Program-made: the position numbers and the translations under genes
Assembly: GCF_000169175.1 (NCBI RefSeq)
Contig: NZ_AAWS01000006.1
Span: 71,192 to 135,191 of the forward strand
Length of the DNA stretch: 64,000 bases
From: Microscilla marina ATCC 23134
GTDB lineage: Bacteria; Bacteroidota; Bacteroidia; Cytophagales; Microscillaceae
Direction: 5' to 3'
Part shown: positions 51,141 to 60,244 of the stretch, in pieces
How the letters are laid out: every line of letters starts with the position of its first letter
How positions within the stretch are numbered: the stretch's first letter is position 1
Notes under the pieces: model-generated
Told to the model about the DNA's origin: nothing
Databases searched by the model: none
Seen by the model: only the letters and a program-made list of their open reading frames with translations

Positions 51141-51656
51141 TTGATTATGAAATTTGTGATTAAATATTTGCCCATTTTATTCTGTACATTATTCATTTTT
51201 ACGGCTTGTAATAAAGAAGCAACCCAACCCGATAACAATGACTTGCCACAAACCAAAAGTAAACAAACGTTAGATTGTAATATTACTTATTTGACAAGTA
51301 CTTTTAAGGAAATGACCGTAGGCAACACTGTTACAGCCAGCATTAGAGGGGGCAGAGTGGATACTAAAGTCAAAACTTTTAGTTATAATATAAGCAATGC
51401 TACCAATGCCAACAGAACTTACTTAAAAATAAGTGGTTTTGATGATGGTTGCTCTTGTTACTCTCCTTCTGACGATGCCAACGGTTGCAAAAGGTTGGTT
51501 ATAAAAGATAAGTATGGCAACGTAGTACTCAATACACTTTGTCAGCCAGTAGATAAATTTGTAAAAATTTCAGGTACTCAATTTTCGGTCATCCTCAATG
51601 TGCCTTGTTGGATTGGTGGGAGCTCAGAAGTAAACATTGAAGCAATGGATTGGTAG
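51141..51656 (+). CDS. small Cys-rich lipoprotein, paralog family member A
   Basis: 171 aa; lipobox FIFTACN; shares GCSC...RLVIKD..GN..LNT.CQP..KFV...G..FSV pattern with 56915-57367 and 57457-57963. Confidence 0.65.
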   Translation: MIMKFVIKYLPILFCTLFIFTACNKEATQPDNNDLPQTKSKQTLDCNITYLTSTFKEMTVGNTVTASIRGGRVDTKVKTFSYNISNATNANRTYLKISGFDDGCSCYSPSDDANGCKRLVIKDKYGNVVLNTLCQPVDKFVKISGTQFSVILNVPCWIGGSSEVNIEAMDW

Positions 51657-51683
51657 TTTTAAATATTACTTTACACGCTATTA

Positions 51684-51730
51684 AAACCACGCCTTACTTA
51701 TACAAGCAGGGCGTGGTTTCAGCTATTTTA
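51684..51730 (+). terminator. rho-independent terminator after lipoprotein A
   Basis: aaaccacgcc-(loop)-ggcgtggttt then T-rich. Confidence 0.55.
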
Positions 51731-51949
51731 ACGGTTGAGTTGCTTACCTATTGAACTCAAAAAATGACAGGACATGTGCCTTTTCCTTGTTATTATCCTA
51801 TGCAAATAGCAAAATATCACAAAACACTTCGCTTTTACAGCAACCCTATAAGTCAACAATACGTTTTTCTAAAACAAAATCTCATTACTTGTCCTCTTCA
51901 TGGGTAAGGTTAATCCTTAAAAATCAGTTTTCACCTAATTTCATTCCTT

Positions 51950-52354
51950 ATGATTATTTATGAAAGTCAGTTCATACAAATAGAATTTTTCAAACAAAGT
52001 AATTCATCACTGGTCACCTGGTCATCTAAGTCTATAGATATGGATGAAAGCATCTATAAAACAGAGATGATGAACTACCTTCAGGCGACATTGAAAGCTA
52101 AACCAGATCGAAGTATTATTGATACTCGCCTGCTTAACTTCCCCATTTCTCCTGAGCTCCAAGCTTGGACTAATGAGGCATTCTTCCCTCCGTTATTAAG
52201 CATTGGCTTGACAAAAGCTGCATTTTTAGTCAGTACAGAGTTTGTCACCCAGCTTTCGATAGAACAAACCGTAGAAGATGCTGAAGATAATCCATTCACT
52301 ACCCGGTATTTTGATAATTTAGAAGAAGCTAAAAGTTGGCTCTTAGCCTTGTAA
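51950..52354 (+). CDS. hypothetical protein (134 aa)
   Basis: ORF with coding texture; no motif recognised. Confidence 0.4.
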   Translation: MIIYESQFIQIEFFKQSNSSLVTWSSKSIDMDESIYKTEMMNYLQATLKAKPDRSIIDTRLLNFPISPELQAWTNEAFFPPLLSIGLTKAAFLVSTEFVTQLSIEQTVEDAEDNPFTTRYFDNLEEAKSWLLAL

Positions 52355-52719
52355 CTTCCAAAACAGGCAAATAATGCTGGTGTAGCATTATTTGCCTGTT
52401 TTCATTCATTAAATATACAGTACTGTCCACTGCTGTTTAGCCAGCCATCAAGTCTAACACCTTAACCACTAAATATCTAACTTATTAACCTCAAAAAAAA
52501 CGAATCAAGTTCGGCTTGACACATCTAATACCAAAACTTCCAGTAAACAACCGCTTTAAACGAGCTCTAAAAGAATTTTAAAGCTGAAACAGCAAAAGTT
52601 CAAGAAAAACCACTAGTGTTATTTATTGGGCAACAATAGATATACCTGCCTTGTTGTATGTAGTTATTTTGAATAACTTTATCTATCAAGCAAAACTACT
52701 ACTATTTACTACTTCTTTG

Positions 52720-55700
52720 ATGAGAATTACTGTAACTATAGCTTTACTATCAACCCTTTTACTAAACGGCTGTGGGGTGTTTGCCCAGCCCCAGTTCAAC
52801 GTAAAACACTATACAACTGACAACGGGTTGCCCCATAACATAGGCTATGGGCTACTGCAAGACCGTAAGGGGTATATTTGGATTGGTACTGATGATGGCT
52901 TGGCACGATTTGATGGAAAGAGTTTTAAAGTCTATCGTACTGATGATGGCTTATTGAGCAATTATATCATCGATATAGTAGAAGATCGCCAAGGAGTACT
53001 GTGGTTGGGTAGTTGGAAAGGTGGGGTTAACTGTATAAAGGACGATTCAGTATTTACACCGACGCTTAACAAACCTCTGTTTAGGGTAGCCTATATTGCC
53101 AAGGATAAAAATCAACTATTTTTATCAGATTTAGGTAATACAGTACGTCATTACACCCTCAATAAAAACCAATGGCTCAATCGTCCTTCTGGCTTAGTTT
53201 ACCTTACTCACGACACTACTCTTACCTATGCGCAGAAGAAACAAACTAAAAAACTGATCAATGTACTCAATGTGCAAATACACTTGGCAAGTGATGGTAC
53301 ACCTTTATTTTTTGGCAAATTCCCTGGAGTTTGGCAATACCAAAACGACCAAATTTTTACTCCTTTTTGCAGCAACATTATTCGCAATGATTCTATTACT
53401 CACCTTTCGCAAGATACCCAAGGAAGGTACTGGTTGGGGACTCAAGGCAAAATACTGATAATTGATGCCCAAAAGCAATTGGATAAAACATACCATCATT
53501 TGCCCAATGAAAGTATTTATAGCATAAAAGTAGCCTCTTCGGGCGTGATTTACTTTCTCACTAACTATCACAAATTTAGTCATCGAGGGTTTTATAGCTA
53601 CAACCCAACCACTCAAGAACTAACTGATTTAAAAAAAGCCCTCAAGCTCAAAACAACCCCTGTTGCCATAGAAATAGACAAAGAAGATAATGTATGGCTC
53701 ACTACCAACGGCGATGGAGTGTATTGTATTAGTCCTTCATTGTTTCAACACTACGATCAAAAAGATGGCTTACCCAATGTCTTTATCAGAAATGTAAAAG
53801 AAGATAATGCTGGTAACATATACGTAGGTACTATTGATGGTTTGGTGCGCTACCAAAACGGGAAATTTGTCAATCAACAAGTACTTGACCATTCCTCTCG
53901 CTATCAAGTACTTAGAATGTTTTTAGATCGCCGCCACAATGTTTTGACATCAGTAGCTCCTTCAGAGTTGAATACTTCCAATAACATATTTTTGTATAAA
54001 GTAGCACACAAGACATCAACAAAACTCTACAATGCTTCTTTTTATAACCCATCATATGTAGACCAACAAAACCGCCTCTGGAGCTTTACTAACAAAAGTA
54101 TTTTTTGGTATCCTTACCCAAAAAAATCACCGTTCAAAGTCCCTTATTATTATTTTAAAAAAGGGCTGATAGTCTCACAAATATTTGAGCATGAGGGGCA
54201 ACACTGGCTTGCCTCTAACCAAGGTCTACTGGCTTTTGATACGCATAAGCGTCCAAATTTACGTTTTTTAGATACCCTCAACACTCGCCAGGGCTTGATT
54301 AGTAATGATGTAAATGTGGTAAAAAAAGCGCCTGATGGGGCATTATGGATAGGTACCAAAACAGGGTTGTGTCGCCTTAAAAATGGACAAATCACTTGTT
54401 TTACTCAAGCAAAAGATGGATTGATACATAATAACTGTACCCAACTAGAGTTTGACCGATATAACCGTTTATGGATAGGCACTCTTCAGGGTTTATCGTG
54501 TTTTGATGGACAAAGCTTTATCAATTATAGCCATAAAACAGGACTCATTGCCTCTGACATTAACTGCTTGTTTGCTGATAGTAAACAAAAACTTTGGGTA
54601 GGTACAAGCAAAGGCATATCGGTGTTAGACATTCGTGCATCGCTCAAAAGAATTCCCCTTGCCAAGGTATACATAGACCAGCTTCTACTGAATGATGTGC
54701 CACAAGAGATTCATTCTACACTAAGGGTTAATTATCCCTCTAACCTCAAAATCTATTTTAATGCATTGAGCTATACTTACCCCAAGGGCATAAGGTACCA
54801 ATACCGTTTGAATAAGGGCAAGTGGAAAAACGTCCCCCAGCAAGTAATAGAGTACAACGCTTTTGAACAGGGGAATTATATTATTGAGATAAGGGCTAAA
54901 AAATTTAACAGTGGATGGTCACTGCCTAAGAACATTTTGCTCATTGTACGCCCCCCTATGTGGCTTACCTGGTGGGCAATCAGCTTGTACATTATAGTGG
55001 GGTTATTTATGATGTGGGGGGTGATCAGGTGGCGGTCAGCCACATTGGTAAAAGAAAAACTAAAGCTAGAACAGGTGGTCGTTCAACGAACTTATGAGCT
55101 TGCCCAGCAAAAAGAAGAAATTGCTTCACAAGCCGAAAAACTCAAAGTATTGAACCAGGTACAGTCCAACTTTTTTTCTGGCATTTCGCACGAGTTAAGG
55201 ACCCCACTCACGCTTATTGTAGAACCTGCCGAAAAGCTACTACAATATAACCAAGAAGAGCCTGGGAAAAGGTATACACAAACGATACTTGGCAATGCCC
55301 AACGATTGCTCAGACTTATCAATCAATTGATGGATTTCTCGAAATTGGAAAGTGGTAAAATGACTTTGCAGCTTAGTAACAACAGTTTATACCAGTTGTT
55401 GGTAGAGGTAATAGCATCGTTTGAACTGCTTGCCCAGCAAAAAAACATTGAGCTTAAGCTTACTGCATCAAATCAGGCTTTACACTATAAGTTTGATCAC
55501 GACAAGGTCGAGAAAGTAGTTTTTAATTTAATTAGCAATGCCCTAAAGTTTACCCCAACACAAGGAAACATAGAGGTTCATTTGTGGCAAAGCCCTGATG
55601 AGGTAAAGATCACTGTTACTGATACAGGCATTGGCATTGCTCCTGCAGATTTGCCTTTTGTATTTGATCGTTTTTATCAGGTAGATGGCTCTACTACCAA

Positions 55701-56721
55701 AAACTACCCAGGAACAGGCATTGGGCTTGCCTTGGTAAAAGAGCTGGTAGAGCTACACGAAGGCAGCATTGAAGTAACCAGCCAGGAAAACAAGGGAAGT
55801 ACATTTGTGGTGAAGTTCCCCTTTACCTCAGTCAGTGCTAGTGAGGGCATCTCAGTAGTTATTGATACTCCACTGTATGGTACACCAGTAGCCTCTACCC
55901 CACTAGCAAATGCTTCTCCTGAGCCAGGTAGCCAGCCAGGTACTATCAACCTGCCTACAGTATTAGTCACAGAAGATAATTCTGAGTTACGGCAATTTAT
56001 TGCCTCTGAGCTCATCGGTACTTATCGAGTAATAGAAGCCACCAACGGGGCAGAAGGCATTGAGCGGGCAATCAAGCAGTTGCCCGACTTGATTATCACC
56101 GACATTATGATGCCTCAAACAGATGGTTTTGAGCTGGTAAATACACTCAGGAACAACCCTGCAACAAGCCATATTCCTATCATTATTTTATCGGCTAAAG
56201 CCTCTCCCGAAAGCAAGCTCAAAGGGTTAGAAATCGGGAGTGATGACTACCTTACCAAACCATTTAGCTCAAAAGAACTCTTGCTAAAAGTAAGAAACAT
56301 TATAGGCAGAAAAGAAAAACTATGGCAGGTTTTTCAACAAAGCCTGACTAAACCCAACCTACCTATTGAACCTTCGCAGGTAACTGCCACCTCTATGGAT
56401 GAGGCATTGCTACAAAAAGCACTTGAAATAGTAGAAGTTCACCTTAACAATACCGCCTTTGATGTTACACTTTTTTGTCAGGAAATGGGCATGAGTCGCT
56501 CTAGTTTGCACCAAAAACTCAAGGCTTTGACCAATATGTCTACTACCGAGTTTATCAGAAGCATTCGGCTAAAAAGAGCGGCTTCATTGATTCAACAACA
56601 AAGTGGACGGATAGAAGAGATTGCATTTCAGACAGGCTTCAATGATGTATCTTATTTTAACCGTTGTTTTAAAAAACAATTTGGGATGACGCCAAAAAAA
56701 TACCAACAACCAAATACATAA
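52720..56721 (+). CDS. hybrid two-component system protein (Y_Y_Y sensor-HisKA/HATPase-REC-AraC), copy 2
   Basis: ORF 52651-56721; start moved to MRITVTIALLSTLLLNGCGVFAQ; paralog of 44593-48621 with nucleotide-level near-identity in HisKA region. Confidence 0.85.
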   Translation: MRITVTIALLSTLLLNGCGVFAQPQFNVKHYTTDNGLPHNIGYGLLQDRKGYIWIGTDDGLARFDGKSFKVYRTDDGLLSNYIIDIVEDRQGVLWLGSWKGGVNCIKDDSVFTPTLNKPLFRVAYIAKDKNQLFLSDLGNTVRHYTLNKNQWLNRPSGLVYLTHDTTLTYAQKKQTKKLINVLNVQIHLASDGTPLFFGKFPGVWQYQNDQIFTPFCSNIIRNDSITHLSQDTQGRYWLGTQGKILIIDAQKQLDKTYHHLPNESIYSIKVASSGVIYFLTNYHKFSHRGFYSYNPTTQELTDLKKALKLKTTPVAIEIDKEDNVWLTTNGDGVYCISPSLFQHYDQKDGLPNVFIRNVKEDNAGNIYVGTIDGLVRYQNGKFVNQQVLDHSSRYQVLRMFLDRRHNVLTSVAPSELNTSNNIFLYKVAHKTSTKLYNASFYNPSYVDQQNRLWSFTNKSIFWYPYPKKSPFKVPYYYFKKGLIVSQIFEHEGQHWLASNQGLLAFDTHKRPNLRFLDTLNTRQGLISNDVNVVKKAPDGALWIGTKTGLCRLKNGQITCFTQAKDGLIHNNCTQLEFDRYNRLWIGTLQGLSCFDGQSFINYSHKTGLIASDINCLFADSKQKLWVGTSKGISVLDIRASLKRIPLAKVYIDQLLLNDVPQEIHSTLRVNYPSNLKIYFNALSYTYPKGIRYQYRLNKGKWKNVPQQVIEYNAFEQGNYIIEIRAKKFNSGWSLPKNILLIVRPPMWLTWWAISLYIIVGLFMMWGVIRWRSATLVKEKLKLEQVVVQRTYELAQQKEEIASQAEKLKVLNQVQSNFFSGISHELRTPLTLIVEPAEKLLQYNQEEPGKRYTQTILGNAQRLLRLINQLMDFSKLESGKMTLQLSNNSLYQLLVEVIASFELLAQQKNIELKLTASNQALHYKFDHDKVEKVVFNLISNALKFTPTQGNIEVHLWQSPDEVKITVTDTGIGIAPADLPFVFDRFYQVDGSTTKNYPGTGIGLALVKELVELHEGSIEVTSQENKGSTFVVKFPFTSVSASEGISVVIDTPLYGTPVASTPLANASPEPGSQPGTINLPTVLVTEDNSELRQFIASELIGTYRVIEATNGAEGIERAIKQLPDLIITDIMMPQTDGFELVNTLRNNPATSHIPIIILSAKASPESKLKGLEIGSDDYLTKPFSSKELLLKVRNIIGRKEKLWQVFQQSLTKPNLPIEPSQVTATSMDEALLQKALEIVEVHLNNTAFDVTLFCQEMGMSRSSLHQKLKALTNMSTTEFIRSIRLKRAASLIQQQSGRIEEIAFQTGFNDVSYFNRCFKKQFGMTPKKYQQPNT

Positions 56722-56914
56722 CATACTCAATTACAGTAATTTAAAAACACTTACACATATCTTCAATTTTTCTATACATACGTCCAAGTCTCCCCATTTT
56801 TTTTCCTCTTCCTTTGCATCGCTAACCTACTGAGGCTACAATCATAACTTATGGAGCTTCAGGTATTAGTGTTGAATTATTTAACATTTATTAACAAACA
56901 AAACATAATTCATT

Positions 56915-57367
56915 ATGCAATCTGTATTTAAATACCTTTTAGTTTTTGTATGCGCTGCTTTTATATGTGTATCATGTAATAGCACTGAAGAAGTAAACCC
57001 TGCTACTCAAAATACACCTGAAGCTATCAGTAGTCGTGTGACAGATGATATACTACAAGCTGGTGACGTTGTAACCCCAGGCATTAACAATGGAACCATT
57101 ACTTATAGCTATCAAGTAGAGGGTAACTCTAACACCAGTAGAACCTGGATCAAGGTAAGCGATTTTGCGGAAGGCTGTTCTTGCAGTAGTGACTGCCCAA
57201 GATTAATCATTAAAGATATAAATAATAATACCATACTGGATACTAACTGCCAGCCACTTACTAAGTATGTACGAGTACCTGGCAACTATTTTTCTGTAAC
57301 CATATATGATCCAAGTTGGATGACAAGCAACGGCTCTGATGTTAACATTCAGATTCAGAGCTGGTAG
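56915..57367 (+). CDS. small Cys-rich lipoprotein, paralog family member B
   Basis: 150 aa; MQSVFKYLLVFVCAAFICVSCNSTEE; tandem paralog of next gene. Confidence 0.65.
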   Translation: MQSVFKYLLVFVCAAFICVSCNSTEEVNPATQNTPEAISSRVTDDILQAGDVVTPGINNGTITYSYQVEGNSNTSRTWIKVSDFAEGCSCSSDCPRLIIKDINNNTILDTNCQPLTKYVRVPGNYFSVTIYDPSWMTSNGSDVNIQIQSW

Positions 57368-57456
57368 TGATATACCACCCAAAACCTCATAGGACTTGTT
57401 TCTTACGAGGTTTTTCATCATATCTATTGGTTCTAACAAGCAAAACGTAACTCATT

Positions 57457-57963
57457 ATGCAATCTATGTTCAAATACCTTTTAGTTTTTGTATGTGCAGC
57501 TTTTATATGTGTATCATGCAATACTACCGAAGAGGTCAAGCCGGAGGCTCAAACATCTACTATTAGTAAAATAAATCAACGTTCTACCTGTAGATTAATT
57601 CCTTCAAGTATGCTTCCACAAAACATAACCACAGGTCAAATTGTCACGCCATCTGTTACAGGTAACGGTTCTAATACAATACTCAAAACATTTACTTACA
57701 CAGTAACTAACCCACGTAATGCTTCCAGAGTATGGCTACATGTAAAAGATTTTGTTGATTGGTGTGGCGCTATAGATAACAACGATAGTTCTCCCTATAC
57801 TACCCTGGTGATTAAAGATGCTAATGGCAACGAGTTGTATAACCAAAGTTGTGAAGTAGCCAGGTATGTAAAAGTACCAGGTAATAAATTTACTGTCACC
57901 CTGAAAGTACATTGTGCACTCACTATCACCCCAGAAGCCAATATTGAAGTAACCAATTTGTAA
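57457..57963 (+). CDS. small Cys-rich lipoprotein, paralog family member C
   Basis: 168 aa; MQSMFKYLLVFVCAAFICVSCNTTEE; 5' end and ~20 bp upstream ~90% identical to member B. Confidence 0.65.
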   Translation: MQSMFKYLLVFVCAAFICVSCNTTEEVKPEAQTSTISKINQRSTCRLIPSSMLPQNITTGQIVTPSVTGNGSNTILKTFTYTVTNPRNASRVWLHVKDFVDWCGAIDNNDSSPYTTLVIKDANGNELYNQSCEVARYVKVPGNKFTVTLKVHCALTITPEANIEVTNL

Positions 57964-58021
57964 TCAAATTAAGTAAAGGGTTATATACAATGACCTAATA
58001 CTATCTAAAACCTAACTATAT

Positions 58022-58058
58022 CAGCGATGCTTCTCCTCTGAAAGCATCGCTTTTTTTT
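58022..58058 (+). terminator. rho-independent terminator after lipoprotein C
   Basis: agcgatgctt-ctcctctgaa-agcatcgct then T8. Confidence 0.65.
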
Positions 58059-58075
58059 GTAATAAATACAATTCT

Positions 58076-58627
58076 ATGAGTTATCAAATATATTACATGT
58101 ACACAGCCCCTTATACTACAGGTGTTGTCACATTATTATCATTTATTTTTATCATCGTTATATTACTCGATCTGGCAAAGGTATCTGCTGCTTTATTCTC
58201 TGATTTTGAAAAATATAAAGCCAGAAAAGCTATGATAAAACCAATGGTAAAACACAAAAGTAAAATATTGAGCTGGGGTGGCACACTATTAATAGGAGCC
58301 TTGGCTTTTACTCATTATTTCTTATCCGAAACAGAAACAAACCTCAAGGCAGGAGGTGTTATGTTTGGGGTAGCACTTGGGGTGGGAGTTTTATTTTTGA
58401 TTGCAGGCTTAATCCATGCTTATCTTCAACCCAAAATAGAAAGTAAGAAAGGGTTAGTCATTTATTTTATTGTTTTGTCATTATTGTGTGGAGTCGTTTT
58501 GTACGCTACCTATGTTTTTAGCATAGTGCAACACCCCGAATTGATGGAAAAATGGCAGGAGTTACAATCAATAAATATACAAAACCCACTTTTTGTGGGG
58601 GTACATAAAACTGCTTATTTTTCTTAG
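58076..58627 (+). CDS. hypothetical integral membrane protein (183 aa)
   Basis: multiple hydrophobic helices. Confidence 0.5.
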   Translation: MSYQIYYMYTAPYTTGVVTLLSFIFIIVILLDLAKVSAALFSDFEKYKARKAMIKPMVKHKSKILSWGGTLLIGALAFTHYFLSETETNLKAGGVMFGVALGVGVLFLIAGLIHAYLQPKIESKKGLVIYFIVLSLLCGVVLYATYVFSIVQHPELMEKWQELQSINIQNPLFVGVHKTAYFS

Positions 58628-58732
58628 AAATCAGTACCCATTGTAAAATAAGAAGATTCAAATTAATACTAAACCAGCGTATTTTACAGGATAACTTGTC
58701 AATTATCCTAAAAATAGAAATAACATTATCCG

Positions 58733-58910
58733 TTAAGTGATCTGGAAAAAATAAGATGTGCCAATTCAAGAAAATATATTGTTCTCAGACGATTCAAAAA
58801 AAACGGTGCATAGCCAAAGCTATGGAGCTTTTTTTTTGAGAAGAATGAGGGCAATAGATACACTTTAATGGCTCAAATTATTTATGAAAGATCACTAAAG
58901 TTGATCAAAC
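58733..58910 (+). mobile_element. MITE-like element, family B, copy 2 (inverted relative to copy 1)
   Basis: reverse complement matches 23783-23958 with ~2 substitutions and one 3-nt indel; termini AGATCACTTAA / TTAGTGATC; ends ~45-85 nt before next gene start. Confidence 0.6.
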
Positions 58911-58952
58911 TGTTGCTAACAACATGTCATAAAATAAGTATCCAACTAAACG

Positions 58953-60098
58953 GTGTTTAAGCACAGCCTTAAAAACCCGATAATTAATTGTTATATGAAG
59001 AAAAAGGCGAAAGTAGAAGCTAAATATATATTTCCTCTAATTTGTTTACTTGTAGCCATCTGTGTAGGTATTATTTACTTATTTGTAACGGGTATTATCG
59101 ATAGTAATCCTGATACTTCTTATGGAGTATTAATTCGAACATCCTCTGGTTTAAAGCACCAAGTCGAGCTCTATAGTACATTTTTCTGGATAACCACCTT
59201 GATTGGCTATACTATATACATAGTAGCCAAAGGAATTAAACAAAAGGTGAAATTCACTTTTAAAGAACTTAAAACTTATACTCAAGAAGTACTGATGGGT
59301 TTTGTAGGTGCTTGGTTCTTTACTCTTCTAATGTTGGTCAGTGCATTTAGTAGCTACAACCAAAGCTTTAAGGAAGTAATAAAAACAGAAACAATTTATA
59401 TAACAGCAATAAAAAGTCGAGTAAAACACCATGGGGGCAACAGAGGTAGTTCGGCTAAAACATATTATTATATTTCTACCAACTCCAAAAATAAGGCGTT
59501 TAAAAAAATTACTACCTCTAGTCTTTTTTATGGTTCGCTTCGAGAAGGGGTTCCTCTCGTAGTAAACTCATATCGTGGAAGGCTAAATTATTCATTTTCG
59601 GAGGTCAAAATTCCCAAAAGATACATTAACAAGGACTTGATTAATTTGAGGGGAAAGGCACTCCAAGGTTTTCTTAATCAAAAGGCTATCCCAGTTTATG
59701 TACTTTGGTTTGCGCTTATGGCAATACTTTGGCTCTTCATTTTTCTCTTGATAGCTTCACCAAGCTATAAGGAAAAAGCAAAGTTAACCTATAAAATCTT
59801 GTTAGTATTAGGGCTATTTCCACTCCCATTCGAGCTATACTTTTACTTTTTTAGCTACAATACATTTACTGCCACTATCATACTCGCAGCATTTTGGATG
59901 TCGATGGTATTATCTGCATTGCCAGGATCTATACTAGTGAAACAGATACTTCCTTTGATCATAAAGTTTCAAGCAAAAAAAAGAGGGGTATTGATATACT
60001 ATATTTCAGTCTGTATTATTTTTTTAAGCCTATTGGCAGGGTTATTCATTTATCTCATCTACTTTATTGCCAAGCTCCGAAATATAGAGTTGTTTTAA
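58953..60098 (+). CDS. hypothetical polytopic membrane protein (381 aa)
   Basis: many TM helices; possible internal start MKKKAKVEAKY (58995). Confidence 0.5.
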   Translation: MFKHSLKNPIINCYMKKKAKVEAKYIFPLICLLVAICVGIIYLFVTGIIDSNPDTSYGVLIRTSSGLKHQVELYSTFFWITTLIGYTIYIVAKGIKQKVKFTFKELKTYTQEVLMGFVGAWFFTLLMLVSAFSSYNQSFKEVIKTETIYITAIKSRVKHHGGNRGSSAKTYYYISTNSKNKAFKKITTSSLFYGSLREGVPLVVNSYRGRLNYSFSEVKIPKRYINKDLINLRGKALQGFLNQKAIPVYVLWFALMAILWLFIFLLIASPSYKEKAKLTYKILLVLGLFPLPFELYFYFFSYNTFTATIILAAFWMSMVLSALPGSILVKQILPLIIKFQAKKRGVLIYYISVCIIFLSLLAGLFIYLIYFIAKLRNIELF

Positions 60099-60133
60099 CT
60101 GTTCAAAATAGACTGTATGTTTACAAATGAATA

Positions 60134-60163
60134 ACCCCCACAAAAATCGCTTTTTGTGGGGGT
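60134..60163. terminator. perfect 12-bp palindromic hairpin (bidirectional terminator-like)
   Basis: cccccacaaaaa-tcgc-tttttgtggggg. Confidence 0.45.
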
Positions 60164-60196
60164 TAAAAAACTATGGACTACTGACTACCAACTAAT

Positions 60197-60232
60197 CTAC
60201 ATGCTTCGTCTATACTGCCCACCTACTTCTTA
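60197..60232 (-). pseudogene. orphan 3'-terminal fragment of a methylmalonyl-CoA-mutase-type gene (encodes ...[10 protein letters not shown]-stop between two stops)
   Basis: ~78% nt identity to 62493-62529, the true 3' end of the mutase gene ([10 protein letters not shown]-stop); differences mostly synonymous. Confidence 0.45.
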
Positions 60233-60244
60233 GAATACCTTTTA

